Shown piece after piece: positions 52,401 through 61,939 of a stretch of DNA of 64,000 bases (positions are counted from its first letter, which is position 1; each line of letters opens with the position of its first letter). Below the pieces are notes generated by a model. It was given only the letters and a program-made list of their open reading frames with translations, was not told the DNA's origin and did not search any database. Location: the NCBI GenBank assembly GCA_049472335.1, contig JBLIRO010000006.1:1-64000 (forward strand). The letters run 5' to 3'. This stretch comes from a bacterium (lineage in GTDB: Bacteria; SZUA-182; DTGQ01; JAFGSM01). A program made the position numbers and the translations under genes.

Positions 52401-53782
52401 GTCATGAAGTCTTTGCTTATGTGCCTCCGGATCTATTTCCCAAGTTAACCCGGATCTTTCTAAACGGAGAGCATATTGTGACGCCTTCCAAGCATATCTA
52501 TGGTGTTGCCGCCTCCCCGAAGGCATATGACATCTTCCATGATGGGGTATGGAAAACAGTTCTGGTCTCGGGAGAAGGCCCGGGCGGATATAATTATTTT
52601 GCCCTTGACGTGACACATCCGTCACCTGGTGATCCCGGTTATATTGCCAATACGCCCTTTTCTATGCTCTGGCATACCGGGGACGCACTTCACAACGCAA
52701 CATACGGCTCCATTATAGGTGAGTCCTGGTCCACACCAGCGTTTGGTAAAATTACCTATGATGACGGTGGAAGTGCTGTTTCAAAATACTTGACATTTCT
52801 GGGCTCCGGATACAATGATCCGGTCAGCAGTGATGTTGAAGGCACCACCTTCATGGCCATAAAATTTGATACAGGTGCCGAAAACGGCCAGATCGTATTC
52901 AGCGAAGACATAGGATCAGCTTCAACTATTGTTGATCATGCCCTTGTGGCGGATGCTGTTTGTTATGAAAACAACGGAGTCATAACCGATTCCTATATAG
53001 CAGATACCAGCGGAAAAATCCGGCATATAGATACCAGCGGAAATCCCACGGGATGGTCTATGAATATCATTTATGATGCCAGTGTAAATCAACCCTTTTT
53101 CTATTCACCCGCCGTGCTTCAATTAGGATCGGGTGCATCCGCAAAGACTCTTATAGTGGCCGGGTCCGGTTCATCCGATGACCCGGATATCAATCAATCA
53201 GGCTCGACTTTTTCCACAACGCTCTATCTGCTTTTGTTTGATTCCAATCACTTTCTTTTACACTCTGAAGTAATTTCTCTCATCGATTTAGTCATAGATC
53301 CCATTTCAACCAACTTTCCCCTGAGATCGAGGCTTACATGTTCCCCTGTCATTATAAAAAATGATATCTCTTCGTTTTATGAAGCGCTTTTTTTGGCTTA
53401 TGTCCCCCCTGAGGATAATAATTGTGATATTGGTAAAACTTATCTTATAGTATATAAACTGGGACAATATGAGAATTTCAGCCTGAATCAAAAGGAATTC
53501 ATCAAATCCCTTGAAGCAGGAGAAGGGAAGATAACAGGGATAGATGTTACCGCGAAAAGCTCCATCGTAGTTGGGGTAAGCGGACACGGTGGCGGCCAGA
53601 CATCAACACTGACATGCATCCCTTCACCCCCGAATCCTGTATTTACCCAGGAATTGATTCAACTCTATTGGAAAGACCACTTCTCCTCGATGATTGAGGA
53701 GGAGGAAAATGTAGTACAATTAACCTCGCCAATCGAGGCTAATGACCAAAACATAACCCTGGATGAAATCCCTTACAGATAA
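49412..53782 (+). CDS. PilY1-like adhesin (vWA + inserted DUF2341/LamG module + beta-propeller)
   Basis: KPNILVILDTSGSM, VTDGEP, WKGH, GSNDCMIHCF, EVFAYVP, WKTVLV, YFALDVTHP, GESWSTP. Confidence 0.8.
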   Translation: MKTLKYRIIACLLAIGIIGSSALAKMRPLTEMEDQFVKPNILVILDTSGSMMRDTTGNILSAPDTKGRTHGDHAESRLNIAKGVITNVLDETRDLANFGLMSFKQTHFGLNTNQKGYFPYYKASTDSSTTETIYLPKYKLDQARYTVSGVPNKRANSGPPNFTPVNSFVYNGITYTLKSSNNSKYRRWSVDLKADRYADHNHSGYIATFQDPDPNNPHTFTWKYEGSYYEYTKYGFHTMSQLAHEIDHYNCISGKVVAWVRVPVLNHDKDTIIYIYYGNSSISAPTENSNQVWDENYMAVWHLREKANGSGKEYKDSTSNYNDGRGGGGTPALVPEITSSGKIGYAQDLYGDDYIEFPDSASLKLTDAITLSGWINLRNFGSGDDVDVLIRRRKNIPPDYQLVFDDSYPQFVLNGGDDDPIIGSTYLFPNTWYYIVGTWKSGGSRTVYLNGSSDGTGSFTGPIEIHKGSLYLGGMEEFDSIDGLLDEVRISNVERSTDWIMTEYNNQNSPSTFYSLSSSSPDPGDFERYMKITIDHTKVSGNSDLYNFPVLIIIQDPELSTLGYVNSTNGYDIVFKQDAMDNLYHFDTYYGQEFIADGTEDEGGGASAPVDPNDVFVYYPGKDGIDFNYDSVAGWTDSNYPVGALDKYDPNRGGILLAPFSFSTDQSVQDEKVNEIIQWMEPQNRGGLIAAGYTPTGSTLKNTVSDTNYYDNAYSYFVNEVIPNDPVSCRKNLILFVTDGEPSPISEKTDAVNAASTLYNDKDVTVYMIGFGSDTTGSPTLDSIANAGGCPLKPDGHYAYFTSDQSSLEEAIKQIVLEAAAGDYVTSAPTTGTGANSRMEGNIGLLSSCEFPYWKGHMVATDLLDSTQLWDAGIQLDANHIVYNARKIYTSNLSTCAIVSFFDSGSPNAAALFSLGLGASEKEASDIIEFISGKDRFWRLADITNCTPIVVGTPYVPNERSSTPGHDLFELKYQNRNKVIYTGSNDCMIHCFSMYDGHEVFAYVPPDLFPKLTRIFLNGEHIVTPSKHIYGVAASPKAYDIFHDGVWKTVLVSGEGPGGYNYFALDVTHPSPGDPGYIANTPFSMLWHTGDALHNATYGSIIGESWSTPAFGKITYDDGGSAVSKYLTFLGSGYNDPVSSDVEGTTFMAIKFDTGAENGQIVFSEDIGSASTIVDHALVADAVCYENNGVITDSYIADTSGKIRHIDTSGNPTGWSMNIIYDASVNQPFFYSPAVLQLGSGASAKTLIVAGSGSSDDPDINQSGSTFSTTLYLLLFDSNHFLLHSEVISLIDLVIDPISTNFPLRSRLTCSPVIIKNDISSFYEALFLAYVPPEDNNCDIGKTYLIVYKLGQYENFSLNQKEFIKSLEAGEGKITGIDVTAKSSIVVGVSGHGGGQTSTLTCIPSPPNPVFTQELIQLYWKDHFSSMIEEEENVVQLTSPIEANDQNITLDEIPYR

Positions 53783-53915
53783 AGATGTAGATTATTTTCT
53801 GAATTTGTAATACAATTATTATTAAATATTATGGTACTAATATCTATGGTTAATGAGAAAATATATAGCCAATGAGAAAAAAACATATTAAAATTAAGTA
53901 AGGGTATAAGTCACT

Positions 53916-55049
53916 ATGGCTCAATCAAAAAAAAATGAAAAGGCAATAATCGTTTTAGAAGACGGCACCGTCTTTGAGGGGTTATCCTTTGGCGTGCCCG
54001 GAGAAAGAATTGCTGAGATGGTTTTTAATACCGGGATGGCAGGCTATCAGGAAGTGCTCACCGACCCTTCTTATAAAGGCCAGATGGTTGTGATGACCGC
54101 ACCCCAGATCGGCAATTACGGAATGAATCCGGATTTCTCGGAATCAGGGTCTATCCATATGGATGCATTTATAGTGAGAGAATTGAGCCGTATCCCTTCT
54201 CACCATGAATCACAGGAAGAACTTAGAGATTTTCTGATCAATAATAATTGTATGGGTATCCAGGGTGTGGATACCAGGGCCATTACCCTTAGACTGAGGG
54301 AAGAGGGGGCTATGAAGGCCGTGATATCCACTCAGGATTTTGATAAAAAAAGCCTTTTGAATAAGATAGATAAAGCACCCGGTTTGATAGGCCGGGACCT
54401 TGTCAAGGAAGTGACATGGCTGGATCAGGATTTTTTTGAAAGGATGCAAAAGAGTTCAGCCGGAAATGATTTTCATGTTGTTGTTTACGATTTTGGCATA
54501 AAAAGGAATATCATACGGTCCCTGGTAGGAGCAGGATGCTGGGTGAGCGTTGTAAAGAGTGATACAAAGGCATCGGATATATTAAAAATGAATCCGGACG
54601 GCGTCATGCTATCAAACGGTCCTGGTGATCCTGAAGGAGTGCCATATGTCATACAAGAGGTTAGGTCGCTTATCGGCAAGCTACCGATCTTTGGCATCTG
54701 TCTGGGCCATCAGATAATCGGTCTTGCTCTTGGCGGGCGCTCCTTTAAGCTAAAATTCGGACATCACGGGGTCAATCATCCTGTAAAAGAGGTAAAAAAC
54801 GGCAGGGTAAGGATAACGGTTCAAAACCACGGCTTTTGTATCGATCCGGATTCCATTAATGTAAAAGGTCTCGAGGTAACCCATATCAATCTGAATGATA
54901 ATACCCTGGAGGGCATTTTTGTGCCGGATCAGTATCTTATATCTGTCCAGTTCCATCCTGAGGCAGCCCCGGGTCCGCATGACGCGAACGGACTCTTTAA
55001 GGATTTCAGAAAAATGATGAACAACTGGCGCAACAAAAAGAATAAATGA
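53916..55049 (+). CDS. carA: Carbamoyl-phosphate synthase small subunit
   Basis: FNTGMAGYQEVLTDPSY, LSNGPGDP, GICLGHQ, VQFHPEAAPGPHD. Confidence 0.96.
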   Translation: MAQSKKNEKAIIVLEDGTVFEGLSFGVPGERIAEMVFNTGMAGYQEVLTDPSYKGQMVVMTAPQIGNYGMNPDFSESGSIHMDAFIVRELSRIPSHHESQEELRDFLINNNCMGIQGVDTRAITLRLREEGAMKAVISTQDFDKKSLLNKIDKAPGLIGRDLVKEVTWLDQDFFERMQKSSAGNDFHVVVYDFGIKRNIIRSLVGAGCWVSVVKSDTKASDILKMNPDGVMLSNGPGDPEGVPYVIQEVRSLIGKLPIFGICLGHQIIGLALGGRSFKLKFGHHGVNHPVKEVKNGRVRITVQNHGFCIDPDSINVKGLEVTHINLNDNTLEGIFVPDQYLISVQFHPEAAPGPHDANGLFKDFRKMMNNWRNKKNK

Positions 55050-55058
55050 TGCAATTAT

Positions 55059-56942
55059 ATGAAGCCTGACTGCGGGATTATGTCCGTCCAAAAGAATCAC
55101 CGACGCCGCGTCATACTGCTCATATGTCTTTTTCTGATAATACTCACCTATGTTTCTTTTTCCCGTATCCTGAAAAATGGATTTATCAATTTTGATGACA
55201 TCGAGTATGTCGTAAAAAACCCCAGGGTAAATTCCGGTATCACTTTTGAAGGTATTAAATGGGCCTTTACTAAATTCCATTTTTATAATTGGCATCCATT
55301 GACATGGATATCCCATATGGCGGACTATGAAATCTATGGCTTGAACGCGGGCGGACACCATCTTACCAGTCTGCTCCTTCACATACTGAATACTTTGTTG
55401 CTATTTATTGTTTTGAAATGGATTACAGGGTCCGTATGGCGAAGCGCCTTTATTGCATTCCTTTTCGCTGTTCATCCGCTTCATGTCGAATCAGTTGCCT
55501 GGGTATCTGAACGAAAGGATGTCTTAAGCACCCTTTTTTGGATACTGACCATATGGGCCTATGCTTATTACGCAGAGAATAAAGGCATTAACAGGTATCT
55601 CTTGACTCTTTTTTGTTTTGCCTTTGGCCTTATGGCAAAGCCTATGCTCGTAACTCTTCCCTTTGTGCTACTTCTTTTGGATTATTGGCCTCTTAGGAGG
55701 ATTAAATTCTTATACTCAGGCGATGAGAGAAATCCTCAAACTGATAAGGACTTTGATAGAGATTTTAAGAAGGCCTCCTTCTCCAACCTGGTTTTGGAAA
55801 AGATCCCCTTTTTGACCCTTTCAATTATCACATGTTTTTTAACCTTTTTTGCACAAAAGTATGGCGGAGCTGTAAAATCGCTCGATCTTTTTCCTTTGAA
55901 TTTACGTATCGCCAATGCACTGGTTTCTTATTTAAATTATATTATAAAGATGTTCTTACCAATCAATCTGGCCATACTTTATCCGTATTCTGAGATATTA
56001 CCCATTTGGCGGGTATTAACCGCCGGATTTTTGCTCATAGGCTCGTTCATCATCGTTATCCGCAAATCAGGAAGGTATCCTTATCTTTTGACAGGGTGGC
56101 TGTGGTATATCGGAACCCTCATACCGGTTATCGGACTGGTCCAGGTGGGATTACAAAGCATGGCTGATAGATACACATATATCCCTATGATCGGACTCTT
56201 TATAATAATCATATGGGGCATTTCCGATATCATACAAGTATTTTTCATTGGAAGGAATACGGTTGCGGGATTTTCAATTTTAATTATTGCAATCTTAATC
56301 ACATCCACCTGGCTTCAAACCGGATATTGGTTTGATACGGAAACACTGCTTGAGCATACCATTAAAGTGACAGACAGAAATTACCTGGCTTACAACGGTC
56401 TTGGCGTAGCGCTTATTGAACAGGGAAGAACCAAAGAGGGAATCGATAATCTCTATAAGGCGCTTCAGATCAAACACGATTACGCTGAGGCACACAAAAA
56501 TCTCGGTATTGCCTTGGTCAACCAGGGCAAGCTCGATGAGGCAATTTCTCATTATGAAGAAGCACTTAGTACTAGCCCTGATTCTGAAATTTTACATAAC
56601 AGCATTGGAATCGCTTTATTCAAGAAGGGTGCTATTGAGAATAGCATAGCCCATTTTTCAGAGGCTGTAAGGATTTGGCCCGGTTATGTGAGGGCGCATA
56701 ATAATCTGGGAATAGCACTTTCCAGTCAGGGCAACATTCAGGATGCCATTCTTCATTATAAAAATGCATTAAAGATCAAACCCGATTATGCCGAGGCACA
56801 CTTTAATATGGGAATTGCTCTTGAAAAGCTCGGCAGGAATGAAGAAGCCATAATCCACTATACTGAAGCCATAAAGATAAAACCCGATTATGACAGGGCC
56901 CGTTACAATCTTAGGAATCTGAATTACGGGTCAAAAACATAA
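55059..56942 (+). CDS. TMTC-like GT-C membrane glycosyltransferase with C-terminal TPRs
   Basis: FINFDD..YV, NWHPLTW.SH, HPLHVESVAWVSERKDVL, ADRYTY, followed by about 5 TPRs. Confidence 0.75.
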   Translation: MKPDCGIMSVQKNHRRRVILLICLFLIILTYVSFSRILKNGFINFDDIEYVVKNPRVNSGITFEGIKWAFTKFHFYNWHPLTWISHMADYEIYGLNAGGHHLTSLLLHILNTLLLFIVLKWITGSVWRSAFIAFLFAVHPLHVESVAWVSERKDVLSTLFWILTIWAYAYYAENKGINRYLLTLFCFAFGLMAKPMLVTLPFVLLLLDYWPLRRIKFLYSGDERNPQTDKDFDRDFKKASFSNLVLEKIPFLTLSIITCFLTFFAQKYGGAVKSLDLFPLNLRIANALVSYLNYIIKMFLPINLAILYPYSEILPIWRVLTAGFLLIGSFIIVIRKSGRYPYLLTGWLWYIGTLIPVIGLVQVGLQSMADRYTYIPMIGLFIIIIWGISDIIQVFFIGRNTVAGFSILIIAILITSTWLQTGYWFDTETLLEHTIKVTDRNYLAYNGLGVALIEQGRTKEGIDNLYKALQIKHDYAEAHKNLGIALVNQGKLDEAISHYEEALSTSPDSEILHNSIGIALFKKGAIENSIAHFSEAVRIWPGYVRAHNNLGIALSSQGNIQDAILHYKNALKIKPDYAEAHFNMGIALEKLGRNEEAIIHYTEAIKIKPDYDRARYNLRNLNYGSKT

Positions 56943-58414
56943 CCTAAGGACTTAAGCTTTTCCATTTCTTCATCTGTCAGTTTCTGGGGCTTTTCATTCA
57001 GACTGAGCTGCAAAAGGTCTTCCCCGCGAAGACGTGCCAGTCTGATCTGCAAATCCTTCACTCGATCTCTGTGCTTTTCCACAGCAATAAGATCGTGATG
57101 TTCGTCAGGATCTGTCCTGAGATCGAACAACTCTGTTTTTTCAAACTTGGGTGTATGTATCAGTTTGAAACCATCCATTATTATTGAAAATCTAACTTCA
57201 TCCTTAACCAGCAGAGACTTAACTTCAGCAAAGATCTCACTCTCTCCTCCACTCCTTCTGAGCAAATCCCGTCCGCGAAAGCTCAAATCCGTCTTCAGGT
57301 CCAGCATCTTTAAAATGGTAGGAACAATATCGATATGCTGGACAAAATCGGCCCTTCTGCCGGCCGGTTTACTTCCGTATTTTATTATAAGGGGAACATG
57401 AGTCACGCTGTTGTAAAGGTTCTCCCCATGCGAGAAATAATAGTTATGTCCCCCCATGGCCTCCCCATGATCGGATGTAAAGATTATCATTGCATCCTTA
57501 AACAAACCAAATCGATCCAGGCAGTCTGTCAGGCGCTTGAAATGTTCATCCTGATATCTGATCTCGCCGTCATAGCGGGAAACGTAATAGTAAAAATCCC
57601 TGTTTTCTTCTAATCTCTGGTAAGATGGAATACCGCCGAAACCGCTCAATGATTTATTCACATCAAGATAAAATGGTTTTTGGCTGGGATTCCTGAATTG
57701 CCCGACAAAACCATCAGGAGGAGTGTACGGTCCGTGCGGGTCCTGATAATGAATCCACATGAACAGTTGTTCCTCATGAAATTGCTCTATCAGTTCTATT
57801 GCTCGATCCGTGGTATGTTCCGCAATCCTCTCCGGCCAGTCCCTCACAACTTCCCTGTCTTCCAGGCTGTCGTCGAATATGGTAAAACCCTGGGCCCATC
57901 CGGATTTCTTTCTGAGAAGATAATTGCTCACTACTCCCACGGTTTTATATCCCAGCCTTTTCAGGATTATAGGAAGTATCTCAACCCCCATTGGCAAGGA
58001 AAGACGTTCTATGGCCTTTGTTTCATGGGGAAGGAATCCGCTGAGTATGCTTGCACAGCTTGACCAGGTTTCAGAGGCATTCGAGAAACAATTCTCAAAC
58101 AACAAGGCATTGGAGGCAAATCTATCGATGTTGGGAGAAGTGTCCTTCGGGTATCCGTAGCATCCCAAATGGTCCGCCCTCAATGTATCCACGGTGATAA
58201 GGAAGATATTGGGCCTTTTCACGTACCTTTGCAACTCACACCCCTCCAGAAACAGACTGCCTGAGATACCAGCCGCCAGCCCGCCATAGAGACCGTATTT
58301 CAAAACTTCACGCCTGCTTAAATCCTTTTCGAAAAATCGATTCATAACCTTGGTTTGTTTCGCATCACTGATCATTTTAATCAATCCTATCAATTCTATA
58401 CTGCCGGTTAGCAC
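56924..58414 (-). CDS. Sulfatase/alkaline-phosphatase-superfamily protein, Tat-like signal
   Basis: SRREVLK, PNIFLITVDTLRADHLGCYGY, DPHGPY, TSDHGE, LKSLGY; start may be 58345. Confidence 0.8.
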   Translation of the reverse strand: MLTGSIELIGLIKMISDAKQTKVMNRFFEKDLSRREVLKYGLYGGLAAGISGSLFLEGCELQRYVKRPNIFLITVDTLRADHLGCYGYPKDTSPNIDRFASNALLFENCFSNASETWSSCASILSGFLPHETKAIERLSLPMGVEILPIILKRLGYKTVGVVSNYLLRKKSGWAQGFTIFDDSLEDREVVRDWPERIAEHTTDRAIELIEQFHEEQLFMWIHYQDPHGPYTPPDGFVGQFRNPSQKPFYLDVNKSLSGFGGIPSYQRLEENRDFYYYVSRYDGEIRYQDEHFKRLTDCLDRFGLFKDAMIIFTSDHGEAMGGHNYYFSHGENLYNSVTHVPLIIKYGSKPAGRRADFVQHIDIVPTILKMLDLKTDLSFRGRDLLRRSGGESEIFAEVKSLLVKDEVRFSIIMDGFKLIHTPKFEKTELFDLRTDPDEHHDLIAVEKHRDRVKDLQIRLARLRGEDLLQLSLNEKPQKLTDEEMEKLKSLGYVFDP

Positions 58415-58445
58415 AAATCAAATTAGATGATTTAAGTACCCTAAT

Positions 58446-58475
58446 TTGACATGATCAATGATCATTGGATATACT
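58446..58475 (+). promoter_or_regulatory. Candidate carB promoter with palindromic spacer
   Basis: TTGACA-18-TATACT; spacer contains the palindrome CAATGATCATTG. Confidence 0.45.
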
Positions 58476-58584
58476 TTTCAGCGAAATCAGGAATTATCCT
58501 TATGTTTTGATATTAGACAAAATGGCTTTATTCGATTTTATCGATTATTAATTCAATTATAATTAAATACAATAAATTTCAAAA

Positions 58585-61500
58585 ATGCCTAAACGTGAAG
58601 ACATAAAAAAGGTCCTTATAATAGGATCCGGGCCTATCATAATAGGCCAGGCATGCGAGTTCGACTATTCAGGCACACAGGCTTGCAAGGCTTTGAAGGA
58701 AGAAGGTCTGGAGGTAGTTCTTGTCAATTCCAATCCGGCTACTATAATGACTGACCCGCAGATGGCAGACCGCACATATATAGAGCCTATAACACCCGAA
58801 TTAGTTGAATTAATAATAGAACAGGACCGTCCTGACAGTCTTCTTCCTACTCTAGGTGGGCAAACAGGCCTGAATGTCGCCATGGATCTCTATAGAAACA
58901 AGGTCCTCAAAAGGTATGGCGTTAAAATGATTGGAGCCGCCCCTGATGCTATCCAGAGGGCGGAGGACAGGGAGGAGTTCAAGGCAGCAATGGCAAGAAT
59001 AGGCCTTGAATTACCCAGAAGCGTGATTGCAAGAAGTATGGAAGAGGGCAGGGCGATACTTGAAGAGATCGGGCTTCCTCTTATTATTCGTCCGAGCTAC
59101 ACCCTCGGCGGCACGGGCGGAGGCGTAGTCAATACAAAGGATGCTTATCTGGGGATACTTCGTAAAGGGTTAGAATTGAGCCCTATTCATGAGGTCCTTG
59201 TGGAAGAATCCATTTGGGGCTGGAAAGAATTTGAGCTGGAGGTCATGAGGGACAGGATGGATAATGTGGTCATTATATGCTCCATAGAAAATATAGATCC
59301 CATGGGTATTCATACAGGCGACAGCATTACAGTGGCCCCTGCTCAAACACTGACAGATAAGGAATATCAGAGGATGCGGAACGCAGCCATAAAGTGCATC
59401 AGGGAGATCGGTGTGGATACCGGAGGCTCCAATATCCAGTTTGCCATAAATCCCAGGGATGGAAGGATGATGATCATCGAGATGAATCCCAGGGTTTCAC
59501 GAAGCTCGGCTCTCGCATCCAAGGCCACCGGTTTTCCTATTGCCAAAATAGCAGCAAAATTGGCTATAGGCTACACACTTGACGAGCTTCCCAATGACAT
59601 AACGAAAAAAACACTTGCATCCTTCGAGCCAACCATTGACTATTGTGTCCTCAAATTTCCCAGGTTTACCTTCGAAAAATTCCCCGGCGCCGACCCCCGG
59701 CTGACCAGCTCCATGAAGTCGGTTGGCGAGACAATGGCCATTGGAAGGACTTTCAAGGAGGCCTTTCAAAAGGGTTTGAGGTCCCTGGAGACCGGACTTT
59801 CCGGTTTCGACGGAACCGGTCCGGGTGCTTCACTTTCAAAAGAAGAGCTGAAAAGACATCTTAAAGAGCCGTCCTCCGACAGGATACTCTTTATAAAAAG
59901 GGCCATGCAAGCTGGAATGGGTATAGATGAGATCAACGGTCTATCACATATAGATCCATGGTTCCTGGACAATCTTCTTCAAATCGTTGAAGAGGAAAGC
60001 AGACTAAAGGAGATGGATCGTTACACCATCACGCAGCTTTCTCCGGATAAGTGGCGGAAATTAAAGGGAATGGGCTTTTCAGACAGATATCTCGCCAGGC
60101 TCTGGAAAATCGATGAGGCAATCATACGCGGTATCCGGATGGCAAAGGGTGTCACGGCGTCCTATAAGCTGGTGGACACATGTGCGGGTGAGTTTGAGGC
60201 AGCTACACCTTACTTTTACTCTACCTATGACTCGGAAAATGAAAACAGGATCTCCGGTCGCTGGAAGGTCATCATCCTGGGAGGCGGTCCGAACAGGATA
60301 GGGCAGGGGATTGAGTTTGACTATTGTTGCGTCCAAGCGGCTATCGCCCTCAGAGAAATGGGGATAGAATCTATCATGGTCAACTCCAATCCGGAGACCG
60401 TGTCTACGGATTACGATATATCGGACAAGCTCTATTTCGAGCCGGTTACATATGAAGATGTAATGAATATATGTGACCAGGAGAGGCCGGAAGGAGTTAT
60501 CATACAGTTTGGCGGCCAAACACCCCTAAACCTCGCACTGCTGCTTCATAGAGAGGGTGTTCCCATACTCGGCACAAGCCCTGAAGCGGTTGATATGGCC
60601 GAGGACCGGGATAGATTTCAATCCCTCTTAAAGAGGCTTTTTCTGAAACAGCCTCCCAACGGGATTGCATCAAATCTTGATCAGGCATCTGAAATCGCAG
60701 AACGTATCGGCTTTCCGGTACTTATGCGGCCTTCATATGTTCTGGGCGGCAGGGCAATGGCTATTATCCATGATGAAGCAGAGATGAAGGAATTTATGGA
60801 CAAAACGGAGGAATTGATAGCGGAAAAACCTATCCTTGTGGACAAGTTTCTGGAAGATGCAACAGAGATCGACGTTGATGCCATTTGTGACGGGAAAATA
60901 TGCATTATTGCCGGAATTATGGAGCACATAGAGGAGGCCGGCGTTCATTCGGGTGACAGCGCCTGTGTCATACCACCAACATCCTTAACGGAGGAGATGC
61001 TGGAAATGGTCAGATCTGCCACAGAGAAGCTAGCGCTGGAGATGAGGGTCATAGGGCTTATGAATGTGCAGATGGCAGTAAAGGGTGAAAATCTTTATAT
61101 TCTTGAAGTGAATCCAAGGGCATCGAGAACTGTTCCTTATGTGAGCAAAGCTACAGGCATACCCTGGGTAAAGCTGGCTACAAGGCTTATGATGGGAGAA
61201 CCCCTTTCAGGATTAATTACGGAAGTTCCCTCAATGCTAAATCACGTGGCTGTTAAGGAATCCGTTCTTCCCTTCAACCGTTTCCTTGAAGTTGATCCTG
61301 TTCTCGGTCCAGAGATGCATTCCACAGGTGAAGTTATGGGTATTGACCAGACCTTTCCTATGGCATTTGCCAAATCGCAGATGGCTGCGGGCAATACTAT
61401 CCCGACATCCGGAAACGCATTCATAAGCGTAAGGGATAAGGATAAGAGGGATATCGTTCTCATAGCTCATCTTCTCAGCCAGATGGGATTCCGGATATTG

Positions 61501-61821
61501 GCGACAAAGGGCACACATACGGCCCTTAAAATAAACGGCATTGCTTCCCAGGTTGTCCGAAAAGCGAGCGAAACCCATCCGAATCTTCTTGACCTGCTCG
61601 GATCGGGGGAGATACATCTCGTGATCAATACCCCTTCAGGAAAGGAAACCCGTATGGATCAGATATCCATACGACGCCTTGCGGTCGGACAGGGTATTAC
61701 TTATGTCACTACCTTGCCCGCTGCCCGGGCACTTGTCATGGCTATAGATGCCCTGCAAAAAAATAAGCTTACGGTTCGGCCTATACAGGCATATCATTCA
61801 GGCGAAAAAAACATTAATTAA
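58585..61821 (+). CDS. carB: Carbamoyl-phosphate synthase large subunit
   Basis: [56 protein letters not shown]. Confidence 0.97.
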   Translation: MPKREDIKKVLIIGSGPIIIGQACEFDYSGTQACKALKEEGLEVVLVNSNPATIMTDPQMADRTYIEPITPELVELIIEQDRPDSLLPTLGGQTGLNVAMDLYRNKVLKRYGVKMIGAAPDAIQRAEDREEFKAAMARIGLELPRSVIARSMEEGRAILEEIGLPLIIRPSYTLGGTGGGVVNTKDAYLGILRKGLELSPIHEVLVEESIWGWKEFELEVMRDRMDNVVIICSIENIDPMGIHTGDSITVAPAQTLTDKEYQRMRNAAIKCIREIGVDTGGSNIQFAINPRDGRMMIIEMNPRVSRSSALASKATGFPIAKIAAKLAIGYTLDELPNDITKKTLASFEPTIDYCVLKFPRFTFEKFPGADPRLTSSMKSVGETMAIGRTFKEAFQKGLRSLETGLSGFDGTGPGASLSKEELKRHLKEPSSDRILFIKRAMQAGMGIDEINGLSHIDPWFLDNLLQIVEEESRLKEMDRYTITQLSPDKWRKLKGMGFSDRYLARLWKIDEAIIRGIRMAKGVTASYKLVDTCAGEFEAATPYFYSTYDSENENRISGRWKVIILGGGPNRIGQGIEFDYCCVQAAIALREMGIESIMVNSNPETVSTDYDISDKLYFEPVTYEDVMNICDQERPEGVIIQFGGQTPLNLALLLHREGVPILGTSPEAVDMAEDRDRFQSLLKRLFLKQPPNGIASNLDQASEIAERIGFPVLMRPSYVLGGRAMAIIHDEAEMKEFMDKTEELIAEKPILVDKFLEDATEIDVDAICDGKICIIAGIMEHIEEAGVHSGDSACVIPPTSLTEEMLEMVRSATEKLALEMRVIGLMNVQMAVKGENLYILEVNPRASRTVPYVSKATGIPWVKLATRLMMGEPLSGLITEVPSMLNHVAVKESVLPFNRFLEVDPVLGPEMHSTGEVMGIDQTFPMAFAKSQMAAGNTIPTSGNAFISVRDKDKRDIVLIAHLLSQMGFRILATKGTHTALKINGIASQVVRKASETHPNLLDLLGSGEIHLVINTPSGKETRMDQISIRRLAVGQGITYVTTLPAARALVMAIDALQKNKLTVRPIQAYHSGEKNIN

Positions 61822-61888
61822 CATCGAAAAAAGAAACGTTCATTGCTATCAACAAAAATATTACCAAGTCTGGAAATCCAAGACCTGC

Positions 61889-61923
61889 AAAAAAGGCCGG
61901 ATCAGTTTTGATCCGGCCTTTTT
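61889..61923. terminator. Bidirectional intrinsic terminator
   Basis: AAAAAAGGCCGGATCA-GTTT-TGATCCGGCCTTTTT. Confidence 0.88.
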
Positions 61924-61939
61924 AAGATCTTTGATATTA

